Shown: positions 19,416 through 28,931 of the stretch, one piece after another
Numbering within the stretch: position 1 is the stretch's first letter
Layout of the letters: each line of letters begins with the position of its first letter
From: Dehalococcoidia bacterium
GTDB lineage: Bacteria; Chloroflexota; Dehalococcoidia; GIF9; AB-539-J10
Direction: 5' to 3'
Assembly: GCA_030615625.1 (NCBI GenBank)
Contig: JAUWYX010000002.1
Span: 11,995 to 75,994, forward strand
Length of the DNA: 64,000 bases
The notes under the pieces: generated by a model
Seen by the model: only the letters and a program-made list of their open reading frames with translations
What the model was told of the DNA's origin: nothing
Databases searched by the model: none
Translations under genes and position numbers: made by a program

Positions 19416-19652
19416 CTACAACTTCCGCCCTATAGCTTGCAAAAACTCGTCTTCGCTAATCTCAAGTTGCTTAAGAATGTCCGAGAGTAAATATGGGCTA
19501 ATACTCTTAGCAGGATGGAGAGGGACAGGAGCTCGGCGGCAATCTGAGTGATGAAATATTGCGTGACTCCCCTTTTGCCGAACCTTCTCAAACCCTAATG
19601 CCTGGAGTCCCTTCACCACCTCTCTAGCTTTGAGCGGAGGCAGCTTTGTCAT
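19416..19652 (-). CDS. hicA: HicA-family toxin
   Basis: KLPPLKAREVVKGLQALGFEKVRQKGSHAIFHHSDCRRAPVPLHPAKSISPYLLSDILKQL is the HicA consensus. ATGA overlap with hicB. Confidence 0.75.
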   Translation of the reverse strand: MTKLPPLKAREVVKGLQALGFEKVRQKGSHAIFHHSDCRRAPVPLHPAKSISPYLLSDILKQLEISEDEFLQAIGRKL

Positions 19653-19861
19653 ACCGCTACTGCAACCCAGTTGGTGCCAATTTCGTCAGGGATCTCCTCA
19701 CCACGCTCCTTGCGATATTCAAGGCAAAGCTCAAGCACCTCTTTAATGTTAGCCAAGCATTCCTCGTAAGTCTCACCCTGAGCGTGAGCTTCCGGAATTA
19801 AAGGACAGTTGGCAATATAAAACCCATCAGGTGCTTTCCTAACAATAACGGTATATTGCAT
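19649..19861 (-). CDS. hicB: HicB-family antitoxin
   Basis: MQYTVIVRKAPDGFYIANCPLIPEAHAQGETYEECLANIKEVLELCLE is the UPF0150 domain. Start at MQYTV. Confidence 0.65.
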   Translation of the reverse strand: MQYTVIVRKAPDGFYIANCPLIPEAHAQGETYEECLANIKEVLELCLEYRKERGEEIPDEIGTNWVAVAV

Positions 19862-20013
19862 TTTCTCCCTATCTCCCCAATTATAGCACAATTGCATTAA
19901 AACCACTCTCCAGACTAGAGTGGTCGCTCGCTTGCCGGCGGCTTGGTCGGTTTCTACCCGATATAGCGCCGTGGATTGAGTTTCATGGCCCCATATTGCT
20001 ACACTAACTCGAC

Positions 20014-20376
20014 ATGCCTGAACTGCCTGAGGTGGAGACGATTAAGAACGAGCTTTCGCCCTGGGTCGTGGGGCAAAGCTTCAAACAAGTTACCATCTTT
20101 GATACCGAACTGGTATGCGGTGGTTCTGCTGAAGAAGTCCGCCGCGGATTAATCGGGCAGAAGGTAGAAAGCCTGGAACGCCGGGGGAAGTATCTCATCT
20201 TTCACCTATCAAATGGCAAGTCACTGATTATGCATCTCAGGATGACCGGCGTCCTGCTGTTAAATCCCAAAGAGGTTGACCACTACGCCCGGGCGGTTTT
20301 TCACCTCTCCAACGGGCGCCGCCCATATTGCGGTTGTGCACTCGTCGGTGATAAAGTTGTCCGAAATCAACACTAA
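20014..20376 (+). pseudogene. mutM: Truncated fpg/mutM (formamidopyrimidine-DNA glycosylase N-terminal domain only)
   Basis: MPELPEVETIKNEL (catalytic P2/E3 N-terminus) and the roughly 110-aa N-terminal beta-sandwich. The H2TH and zinc-finger domains are absent; the ORF stops 50 nt before the next gene. Confidence 0.5.
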
Positions 20377-20425
20377 GATGAAACAGAGTCTGACATTAAT
20401 TTAGTTAGCAAAAAGGAGGCCAAAG

Positions 20426-21178
20426 ATGAACACGTTTGCGGGAAAAGTAGCACTGGTAACCGGCGGGAGTTCCGGCATCGGCCGCGCCACGGCAATCAAA
20501 TTTGGAGAACGGGGTGCCAAGGTGATGGTGGCCGCCCGCAGGGAAAAGGAAGGGAAAGAAACGGTGGAGATGATAAAAAAGGCCGGCGGCGAAGCGACGT
20601 TTATTCAAACTGATGTACGGATTGCCTCACAGGTTGAAAACATGGTGCAACAAACCGTAAAAAAATACGGCCGTTTGGATATCGCCTTTAACAACGCCGG
20701 AGTAGGAGGCATAATGGCCCGACTGATACGGACGACCGAGGAAATCTTTGACGAACTGGTGGATACCAACTTCAAGGGCGTCTGGTTGTCCATGAAATAC
20801 GAAATACCGGTGATGCTGGAACAAGGTGGCGGAGTCATTATAAATAATGCCTCCATCGCCGGAGTGTCCACCGCGGAAAGATTGGCCGTCTACAGCGGAA
20901 GCAAACACGCTGTCGTGGCCATTTCCAACGCAGCAGCTAGCGAGTATGGCAGGGACAACATCCGGGTAGTCTCCATCTGCCCCGGGTGGATCAAAACCCA
21001 CATGACTGAAGACCTGCGTGCCCGAAAAGACGCCGATACCATAATGCAGGGCAACATACCTCTGAAGAGATGGGGTGAACCTGAAGAAGTGGCTGAAATG
21101 GTAATCTGGTTGGCCTCGGACGCTGCCTCCTTCGTTAGCGGCGGCGCCTTCATCATCAGCGGAGGGATGAACGCCTAG
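20426..21178 (+). CDS. SDR-family oxidoreductase
   Basis: TGGSSGIGRA (Rossmann), NNAG, YSGSKHAV (catalytic YxxxK). Confidence 0.75.
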   Translation: MNTFAGKVALVTGGSSGIGRATAIKFGERGAKVMVAARREKEGKETVEMIKKAGGEATFIQTDVRIASQVENMVQQTVKKYGRLDIAFNNAGVGGIMARLIRTTEEIFDELVDTNFKGVWLSMKYEIPVMLEQGGGVIINNASIAGVSTAERLAVYSGSKHAVVAISNAAASEYGRDNIRVVSICPGWIKTHMTEDLRARKDADTIMQGNIPLKRWGEPEEVAEMVIWLASDAASFVSGGAFIISGGMNA

Positions 21179-21301
21179 CGCCCTGCCAAAATTATTCTGG
21201 CAAATGTCATCCCCGCTGATACTTTCCCAACAAGGTCAGACTGTCCAACAAAACCCGAATTACCTTGCTGGATAAGAAGGGTTGAGAACTCACACATCCG
21301 C

Positions 21302-22225
21302 TTATTCTGTTAGTCCTAAGATTTTAGCGGCGTTGCCGCCCATTATTCCTTCGATTTCCTCATCTTTAAACTCGATTCCTTGCTCCTTCACCGAGTCGGG
21401 AATTTTGGTAAAGGCTTTGACCCACCTTTCTTGATTAATTAGCAACTTCAGAAAGGGGTAGTCACTGCCGAACAGCACTCTCTGCCAGGGGACCGAGTCT
21501 AACAATGTCCTCAGAGCTCTGTAAAATTCCAGAGGGCTGAGAAGCCGTGGCTGCCATAGAGATAAATCGAGGTAAACATTTGTTGCGTTGTTACAGATTG
21601 CCACTGCTTCCGAGTACCAGCATCCACCGGTATGTGCCAGAATGATGGGCAGGTCAGGAAAGTCCATGGCTACCTCCTGCACATAAATAGGCTGGCAATA
21701 TTTAAAATAAAGTGGTTTCAGCACCTCCCCTGTATGGAGCAGAACAGGGACCCCATATTCCAATGCCTTTTCATAAATAGGATAACATGCCTTATCGTTG
21801 GGATAGAAACCGGCAGCCGAATGCAATTTAATCCCCTTCATACCCCATTCCTTGAGAAATCTTCCAACCATTTCGGCAGCTTTATTTCTTCTAGGGTCTA
21901 TGCCGGCAAAAGCAATTAATCGCTGGGGATATTTTCCCGCCGCATCAGCATAAACCTTGTTTATCTCCTCAATGCTTAGCTTGGGTTCACCAAGGTGGCG
22001 AGCCAGACCCCAATCAATCGCCAACAGCACACTTTTATCAATCCCGGCAGCATCCATATCCTTGACCATCATGTCACCTGAAATATCCAAAAACTCCGGC
22101 AATCGTCTTTGCACTTTTTCCAATGGCCTGTTAATCCTCAGCGCCCCAACCTCTGCCCAACCATCCCAAAAAGGTTGGGCCACACTATCATAATCACAAA
22201 GGTGAGTATGAATATCGATTATCAT
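21302..22225 (-). CDS. Amidohydrolase-2 family (TIM-barrel metal-dependent hydrolase)
   Basis: MIIDIHTHL N-terminal metal-binding motif, HTGG, GSDYPF. Confidence 0.65.
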   Translation of the reverse strand: MIIDIHTHLCDYDSVAQPFWDGWAEVGALRINRPLEKVQRRLPEFLDISGDMMVKDMDAAGIDKSVLLAIDWGLARHLGEPKLSIEEINKVYADAAGKYPQRLIAFAGIDPRRNKAAEMVGRFLKEWGMKGIKLHSAAGFYPNDKACYPIYEKALEYGVPVLLHTGEVLKPLYFKYCQPIYVQEVAMDFPDLPIILAHTGGCWYSEAVAICNNATNVYLDLSLWQPRLLSPLEFYRALRTLLDSVPWQRVLFGSDYPFLKLLINQERWVKAFTKIPDSVKEQGIEFKDEEIEGIMGGNAAKILGLTE

Positions 22226-22318
22226 ATCGTCCCTCTCAAGGTGTGTTGTGTTTTCCTGATTATATCATCACCCATCCGGCAACCTTAATCGGAAAGACTC
22301 CGTCACTCCACCGCTGCC

Positions 22319-22543
22319 TTAACTCCCCTCCTCAGCGGTTTTTCGGTATTCATCCAAGGCTTTCATCATGGCCAGGAAATCCTTCTGCCCTGAGCCTTTC
22401 TTTCCTTCAAGCCACCGCTCCAGTGCCTCGATAACAATTTCTCGAATTGGTTTACCTTGCTCAATAGAGGCAAATTTTATCGCCTTGAGAAGTTCTTTAC
22501 TTCCCAAATCTACAGTTATTCTCGTTCCTTTAGCCATGCTCAC
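22319..22543 (-). CDS. Ribbon-helix-helix (CopG/ParD-like) small DNA-binding protein
   Basis: TRITVDLGSKELLKAIKFASIEQGKPIREIVIEALERWLE fits a beta-strand/helix/helix RHH pattern. No cognate toxin is adjacent. Confidence 0.35.
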   Translation of the reverse strand: MSMAKGTRITVDLGSKELLKAIKFASIEQGKPIREIVIEALERWLEGKKGSGQKDFLAMMKALDEYRKTAEEGS

Positions 22544-22690
22544 CTCCTCTATCCGATTTTATAACATAAAATCACAAAAACATATAACCTTCCCCAATAT
22601 GGTTGATTTTGAGTATGACAAGAGCTATACTCATCATGCCGAATTCAAGATAGTCAGGGATGTGGGGTAGCGAAGTGTTGGCTGATATCT

Positions 22691-24325
22691 ATGCGAGTAT
22701 TACTCCTGAGCACGCCACACCCTCTGGAGGAGAGCCCGCTCCCTCCACTCTCCCTAAGTTATTTAGCCAGTGTCCTTATTAGAGAGGGTATTGAGGTTAA
22801 GATTCTGGATTTCCTGGTGACCCAGTACCATCCCAAGAAACTGAGGCGAGCACTGGAGGAGTACCGACCTCAGCTTGTCGGCGCCACTTGCGTTACCCTG
22901 AACTATCCCATTGCCAGGAGGATGCTCAAGGCATGTAAAACTTTCGACCCCTATATCTTCACCGTTATCGGCGGTCCTCATGTTACCTTTGCCTCAGAAG
23001 AGACACTGCTCCAGTCACCATGGATTGATGCCGTAGTCATCGGTGAGGGGGAGAGAACTCTGGTCGAATTGGTCAGGGCAGTGGAAGAAGACAAAGACAT
23101 CCACCAGGTGCCCGGGATTGCCTTTGCAGATGGAGGCATGGTGGTAAAGACACCCCCCCAAGCTCGCATTGAGAACCTCGACCAGCTACCTTTACCAGCA
23201 CGCGAGTTGTTGCCCATGGCGAGATACCGCGCCCTGGGTACCCCGTGCACGGTAATAACCAGCCGTGGCTGCCCTTATAGCTGCATCTTCTGCTCAGGAC
23301 ATCGGATGTTTGGCCCCAAAGTCCGTTTTCGCAGCCCCGGGCTTGTGGTGGATGAGATTGAGAAACTCCAGCGTGATTTCGGGCTTGCGAAAATCAACAT
23401 TGTTGATGACACCTTTACCCTCAACCATCACCACACCCGAGCAGTGTGCGAAGAAATGCTCAGGCGTAACCTGCAGATAAAATGGAGCGTTTTTGCCCGG
23501 GTGGATAGGATTAGCGAGGACCTCGCTCAGCTAATGAACCAGGCCGGCTGCGAATGGGTACTATTTGGCGTTGAGTCAGCGGATGAGGGAATCCTGAAGA
23601 CCATAAGGAAGGGAATTACCCTCGACGGGGTGCGGCGCGGTGTAAAGATAGCCGCCGAGGCCGGCATCAACGTCTTTAATTCCTTCATTCTCGGACTTCC
23701 CGGGGAAAACCGGGATACAGCCCTCAAGTCTATGGCCTTCGGCGACGAGCTTTATCAGCAATATGGCGCCAAGTATGGCTTCCATATCCTGTCCCCCCTC
23801 CCCGGAACCGAAGTGTACGAGAAAGCTAAGGACTATGGCATTCGCATCCTCAGCCGAAACTGGGCCCGCTATAACGCCAACGAGCCCATCACCGAGACAG
23901 CGACCATGAGCAAAGAGATGATAAAAGAAGCCATGGCTATCTATAATCGGGGGATAGAAGTTGCCTGGGACGATATAAAGCGCCGGGCTAAAGGCGGAGA
24001 TGCCCAGTGCGCTGAGATAATCGAAGGAAAGGAAAGAGAGGAATTCGTGTGGACTCTGCTTCAGGGAGATGTCATCGAGGGGCTCGGGGGGATGGCGTCA
24101 GCCACCGTCCTGAATCCCAGTAACGCCGAGGCCGAACTAGCCCGCCGTGTTTCCCGGAAGTTAGGCCTCGACATCGAGGTAGCCCAGCGGTGGATGGGCG
24201 AATTGATAGGAAAGGGAGTTTTGCGGCTGGAGCCGAGAAGAAATAGCCTGCGGTGGCAGTGGAGCGATACTCAAAAGCTCAAGCTGGCTGGCGAGATTAC
24301 ACCTGCTACATCTTGCCAAGCTTGA
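22691..24325 (+). CDS. B12-binding-domain radical SAM protein with about 150-aa C-terminal extension
   Basis: N-terminal cobalamin-binding-like domain, then GCPYSCIFCS (CxxxCxxC) and a radical SAM core. Confidence 0.7.
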   Translation: MRVLLLSTPHPLEESPLPPLSLSYLASVLIREGIEVKILDFLVTQYHPKKLRRALEEYRPQLVGATCVTLNYPIARRMLKACKTFDPYIFTVIGGPHVTFASEETLLQSPWIDAVVIGEGERTLVELVRAVEEDKDIHQVPGIAFADGGMVVKTPPQARIENLDQLPLPARELLPMARYRALGTPCTVITSRGCPYSCIFCSGHRMFGPKVRFRSPGLVVDEIEKLQRDFGLAKINIVDDTFTLNHHHTRAVCEEMLRRNLQIKWSVFARVDRISEDLAQLMNQAGCEWVLFGVESADEGILKTIRKGITLDGVRRGVKIAAEAGINVFNSFILGLPGENRDTALKSMAFGDELYQQYGAKYGFHILSPLPGTEVYEKAKDYGIRILSRNWARYNANEPITETATMSKEMIKEAMAIYNRGIEVAWDDIKRRAKGGDAQCAEIIEGKEREEFVWTLLQGDVIEGLGGMASATVLNPSNAEAELARRVSRKLGLDIEVAQRWMGELIGKGVLRLEPRRNSLRWQWSDTQKLKLAGEITPATSCQA

Positions 24326-24386
24326 TGTAGCAATTCTTCTTTAAGAGCACTTATGCGCTTGGTTTTGCTGCAAAGACCAAGGAAAT

Positions 24387-25082
24387 TTAAGAAGATATCT
24401 CGTTAACGAAGCCCTCTATGGCTTTATTGACCACTTCCGGCTTCTCAGCGAGGACAAAGTGAGTAGCTTGGGGGATAATCATCACCCTGGAGTTAGCAAG
24501 CTTGGTTCCTAAGTAATTAGCGTATTTCACAGGGGTCATTACGTCCAATTCACCGCAGATAATAAGGACAGGTAGCTTTATCTCTTGAACTTTGTCCATG
24601 AGGTCAAACTTATCACAGCAAAGGAAGTCGCTGAGCATGACGGCAGGACCAATAGCCTTCTGTTTTTCTACGACTTCCATTTTGTAATCCTCCGGGGTTA
24701 AGCGATAGATTTCTGCTATTAGTTGATACCACTCCCGGGGATTGCCCTTAATAGCTTCTTCAATTGGGGCTAAAAACATAGGGTGAACTCTGAGCCGGGC
24801 TCCACTGCCGATGATGATAATCCCTTTCAGTTCCTGGGGGTATCTTAGGGCATACATCAGAGCTATAGCCCCACCAAAGGAGTGTCCAGCCAAGACCACA
24901 TCTTTATATCCCCTCCCTTTGATGTACTTCCTGAGCCAGTCAGCACATTCCTCTACGCTATTAAGGGTTTGACCATTGGGGTGTCCGGGTAAGTTGACAG
25001 CATGGCTATTAGGGAAGTAGTCGGTTTGATAGCGCCAGATGTCTCCATAAGCGCCTGAACCGTGGACAAAAATGATTCTCAT
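24387..25082 (-). CDS. Alpha/beta hydrolase
   Basis: GHSFGG nucleophile elbow; MRIIFVHGSGA. Confidence 0.65.
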   Translation of the reverse strand: MRIIFVHGSGAYGDIWRYQTDYFPNSHAVNLPGHPNGQTLNSVEECADWLRKYIKGRGYKDVVLAGHSFGGAIALMYALRYPQELKGIIIIGSGARLRVHPMFLAPIEEAIKGNPREWYQLIAEIYRLTPEDYKMEVVEKQKAIGPAVMLSDFLCCDKFDLMDKVQEIKLPVLIICGELDVMTPVKYANYLGTKLANSRVMIIPQATHFVLAEKPEVVNKAIEGFVNEISS

Positions 25083-25135
25083 TCCCTTATTTGGTAAGAT
25101 AGTATAACTAAAAAAATGGAGGTGTCAATTCCAAG

Positions 25136-25699
25136 ATGACGGAAATTCAAAGTGTCTATTTTCCTGAATCAGGCAGTGAAAACACTGAGAAAACCTTTGA
25201 GGTAGCTAAGAGGAGAGCCGAGGAGTTAGGGATAAAAACCATAGTGGTAGCCTCTACCAGCGGGGAAACTGGGTTGAAGGCAGTGAAGGCGTTTGCCAGC
25301 TATAAGGTAGTGGTAGTTACTCATACTACAGGGCTTCAAGTCTCCGATGTTCAGGAATTAACCCCGCAAAACAGGGCTAAGATATTGGAGAAGGGAGGAG
25401 TAATTCTGACTGCCACCCATGCCTTTGGCGGAGTGGGCAGGGCAGTTCGCCGTAGATTCAATACCTATCAGGTGGATGAGATTATAGCTCAAACCTTAAG
25501 GGTCTTTGGGCAGGGCACCAAAGTAGGCTGTGAGATAGCCCTTATGGCTGCCGATGCTGGTCTCATAAGGACAGACGAGGAGGTAATCTCTATCGGCGGC
25601 ACAGCGAGGGGAGCAGATACAGCACTGGTCGTTAAGCCAGCTCATACCCACGACTTTTTTGAGTTGAGGGTCAAGGAAGTCCTGTGCAAGCCAAGATGA
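25136..25699 (+). CDS. Pyruvate kinase C-terminal (alpha/beta) domain-like protein
   Basis: IVVASTSGETG...VTHTTG...GTKVGCEIALMAADAGLI pattern. Confidence 0.45.
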   Translation: MTEIQSVYFPESGSENTEKTFEVAKRRAEELGIKTIVVASTSGETGLKAVKAFASYKVVVVTHTTGLQVSDVQELTPQNRAKILEKGGVILTATHAFGGVGRAVRRRFNTYQVDEIIAQTLRVFGQGTKVGCEIALMAADAGLIRTDEEVISIGGTARGADTALVVKPAHTHDFFELRVKEVLCKPR

Positions 25700-25821
25700 T
25701 AGACTGTTTTATTTGCTTTAGTGAATAAATCAAACCACAAACCTGCTAGAGAAAAAATGAATAACGGGTTACAATAAAGGGCTAATTTTAGAATAATCAC
25801 ACTGATGGAGGGAGATAATCA

Positions 25822-26484
25822 ATGATAAAGAGCCAAAATTTGTTAAACGAGGTCGAATCCAAGGAGCTTCTTAAGAAAGCAGGGATACCTGTTGTTGAAG
25901 CGAAGCTCGCCCAAAGCAAAAAGGAGGCTATTTCCATAAGCAAGGAAATGGGCTTTCCTGTAGTATTGAAAATAAGCTCCCCCGATGTGATTCACAAAAG
26001 CGATTCCGGCGGTGTTGAATTAAGACTAGCCAACGCTACTCAGGTAGGCAAGGCTTATAATGAGATTATATCCTCCGTTAAACAGGCATACCCTGAAGCC
26101 CAAATTGAGGGTGTGTCGGTACAACCAATGGCTCCGTCAGGAGTGGAAGTGATTGTGGGCATGAGCAAGGATCCTCAATTCGGTCCTGTACTCATGTTTG
26201 GTCTCGGCGGCATACTGGTAGAGGTGTTAAAGGACGTCTCTTTCAGAATAGTCCCGGTTACCGCAAGGGATGCCAGAGAAATGATTAGAGAAATAAAAGG
26301 ATATCCCATACTGGAGGGGTACAGAGGACAAAAGCCAGCCAGCATCCCGGCATTGGAAAAACTAATAGTCAAGGTGTCTCAGTTTATCGAGAAGAATCCT
26401 CAAATAAAAGAGCTCGACCTTAATCCCATATTCGCCTATCCTGATAAGGCTATAGCTGTTGATGCTCGAATAATCCTGGAATGA
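25822..26484 (+). CDS. Acetate--CoA ligase (ADP-forming) beta/ATP-grasp subunit
   Basis: ATP-grasp pattern: KELLKKAGIPV, GFPVVLKI, SDSGGVEL. Paired with the CoA-binding subunit downstream. Confidence 0.65.
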   Translation: MIKSQNLLNEVESKELLKKAGIPVVEAKLAQSKKEAISISKEMGFPVVLKISSPDVIHKSDSGGVELRLANATQVGKAYNEIISSVKQAYPEAQIEGVSVQPMAPSGVEVIVGMSKDPQFGPVLMFGLGGILVEVLKDVSFRIVPVTARDAREMIREIKGYPILEGYRGQKPASIPALEKLIVKVSQFIEKNPQIKELDLNPIFAYPDKAIAVDARIILE

Positions 26485-26568
26485 TAATCGAAAGGCCACT
26501 GTCCCGATAATCAGAAGTTTGCTAAATTTGGATTTCACCAGACATATTGAGATTTCCGAGGCCTAACT

Positions 26569-27999
26569 TTGTTTGAGGAAAAGCTTAAGGAATTTGAGCC
26601 TATCTTTTACCCCAAATCTGTTGCCATTGTCGGGGCCTCGGCTACCTCGATAAAAGCCGGCTCTTTATGGGTCTGGGCCTTGAGTTCCGCTGGTTTTCCA
26701 GGACTCATTTATCCCGTTGGTTCCAGCGGCGGCCGAATCGCCAACCTCGAGATTTTTCCTAACCTCAGGCTAGTCCCCGGAGAGGTAGATTACGTTATTG
26801 TAGCCATTCCTCGACAATCTGTGTTGGAGATCTTAGATGATTGCGTGACCAAACATGCCAAAGCTGTCCAATTCTTCACCGCTGGATTCAGCGAGATGGA
26901 TGCGCAACAGGGACACAAGCTAGAGGAACAAATGCTCGAGAAAGCACGACAGGGAAATGTTCGCATCATCGGCCCAAATTGCATAGGTGTATATTGCCCG
27001 GAACACAAAATCCCGTTCCTCATGGGGATACTCGGTGAAAGCGGTTCCGTGGGCTTCGTCTCTCAGAGTGGCGGCATTGCTACCAAACTAGTGACAACCG
27101 GGATAGCCCGCCATATCAACTACAGCAAAGGAGTCAGCTTTGGCAACGGTATTGATTTGGATGCCAGCGATTTTTTGCAATACCTGGCTGCCGACTCCAA
27201 AACCAAGGTCATTGGTGCATACCTTGAGGGAACAAGAGACGGAGCTCGTCTTTTCAACACTATGAAAGAAGTAGCCAAGGTCAAGCCTTTAGTTGTCTGG
27301 AAAGGAGGGAGAACAGAGGCTGGCGCTCAGGCTGCCATGTCCCACACTGGCTCCTTAGCTAGTTCAGCAGCCATCTGGTCAGCAATGTTGAAGCAAGCTG
27401 GCGCTATAGAAGTGCATAGTCTAGAGGAATTGACCGACACCCTACTTATCTTCCAACAGCTTAACCACTGGCAAGGTACCAGCACAGCCATTATTGGCGG
27501 TCTGGCTGATGGGGGCGGCGGCAACTCGGTATCCGCTGGCGATGCCTGCATGGAGAATGGGCTCAGAGTCCCACCTCTCTCCCTTGAGACAAAGCAAGAA
27601 CTGAGCGAGCTCCTGGGAGAAGTAGGTAGCATCTTGCGTAATCCGGTAGATGTAAGCCAGGCGCAATTCCGAGGCTTAGCAACTCTATTTCAAGCCATAG
27701 ATTTAGTAGCAAGGGATACCGTTATCGACATCGTCTTAATTCAAGAGGATATGGACATCCTCTTACCAATTTACTCCCAGAAAGGACTGGAAGAAATAAA
27801 TGAATTCTTTATAGAGCTTGGAAGCAGGCAAAATAAGCCCATAATAGTCATTTTACCGCCTGGCTCCGCTGAGCCAGAACGATTGCAGATAGAGCAAAAG
27901 CTCCTTGCCGCTTCCATCCCAGTCTTTTGTTCCATGGAACGTGCAGCTAAAGCTATTTATAAACTTAACCAATATTCTTGCTGGCAGGAGGCTAAATAA
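26569..27999 (+). CDS. Acetate--CoA ligase (ADP-forming) alpha subunit (CoA-binding + succinyl-CoA-synthetase-like flavodoxin domain)
   Basis: SVAIVGASAT, RIIGPNCIG, SQSGG. TTG start. Confidence 0.7.
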   Translation: MFEEKLKEFEPIFYPKSVAIVGASATSIKAGSLWVWALSSAGFPGLIYPVGSSGGRIANLEIFPNLRLVPGEVDYVIVAIPRQSVLEILDDCVTKHAKAVQFFTAGFSEMDAQQGHKLEEQMLEKARQGNVRIIGPNCIGVYCPEHKIPFLMGILGESGSVGFVSQSGGIATKLVTTGIARHINYSKGVSFGNGIDLDASDFLQYLAADSKTKVIGAYLEGTRDGARLFNTMKEVAKVKPLVVWKGGRTEAGAQAAMSHTGSLASSAAIWSAMLKQAGAIEVHSLEELTDTLLIFQQLNHWQGTSTAIIGGLADGGGGNSVSAGDACMENGLRVPPLSLETKQELSELLGEVGSILRNPVDVSQAQFRGLATLFQAIDLVARDTVIDIVLIQEDMDILLPIYSQKGLEEINEFFIELGSRQNKPIIVILPPGSAEPERLQIEQKLLAASIPVFCSMERAAKAIYKLNQYSCWQEAK

Positions 28000-28069
28000 A
28001 GCCAGCCGCAAAAAACTGCGACTCTGTGCAAACTTGATAACCCCGAAATAAGAATCTCTAATCTGAATC

Positions 28070-28867
28070 ATGATACAAAGTCACAATACGGAAAAAATCG
28101 ACTTGAAATGGAGTGACGACGATGTAGTGCCCCCCATAGTCTACCCTAACCTAGAATTCTTATTCCAGCAAATGCTCCATCTAACGCTGGAAGAGGTAGC
28201 CCCCAGCCATGGTGAGCTAATACTGGACGTCGGCTGCGGCAAGGCTATTGATGGTGCACGACTATGGGAAAAGGGAGCGAAGGTTATCGGGCTTGAACCT
28301 TCCCATGTAATGATAGCCCGAGCTAAAGAGTACCTCAGTGAAAGCAATGCCCAAATAATTTTAGCACAAGGCATAGGGGAGAATTTACCTTTTAAGCCAC
28401 ACTCGTTTGGCAAAGTTATGTGTAAGGGGGCATTAGACCATTTTTTCTCCCCCAGCAAAACAATGGAGGAGATTGCCCGCGTGCTTAAACCTGGAGGAGA
28501 GATGATAATCTCCATAGCTAACTTTGACAGTCTAGGTTTCCGCTTGGGGAAGAAGCTATATCCAGTGACAAAATTTCTTTCCCCATCCCTGGCTAAGGAA
28601 AGGAAACCCTGGGAGCCACCACCAGACCACACATATGAATTTGATTACCCATTCCTAACCAGCTTGGTGAAGCAGCATTTTGAAATTAAGAAAACAAAGG
28701 GAATATCCCTCCTTTTTGGACTCCCCCTGTGGGGTAGTTTTCTTTCCAAACTTCCCCATTCTGTTTCCTATGCTATTCTGAAGATATTAGATAAATTAGC
28801 CCGACCTTTTCCCTCTCTGGCAGACGTTATCCTGATGAAATGCACTCCAATTTATAAGCAAAAATAA
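28070..28867 (+). CDS. Class I SAM-dependent methyltransferase
   Basis: LDVGCGKAIDG (motif I), VIGLEPS, LKPGG. Confidence 0.6.
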   Translation: MIQSHNTEKIDLKWSDDDVVPPIVYPNLEFLFQQMLHLTLEEVAPSHGELILDVGCGKAIDGARLWEKGAKVIGLEPSHVMIARAKEYLSESNAQIILAQGIGENLPFKPHSFGKVMCKGALDHFFSPSKTMEEIARVLKPGGEMIISIANFDSLGFRLGKKLYPVTKFLSPSLAKERKPWEPPPDHTYEFDYPFLTSLVKQHFEIKKTKGISLLFGLPLWGSFLSKLPHSVSYAILKILDKLARPFPSLADVILMKCTPIYKQK

Positions 28868-28931
28868 CACTACTTCAGGAAAGTCAATAGACCTTTACAA
28901 TTCCTGCTGCCACAAACTATAATTCGTTGTC

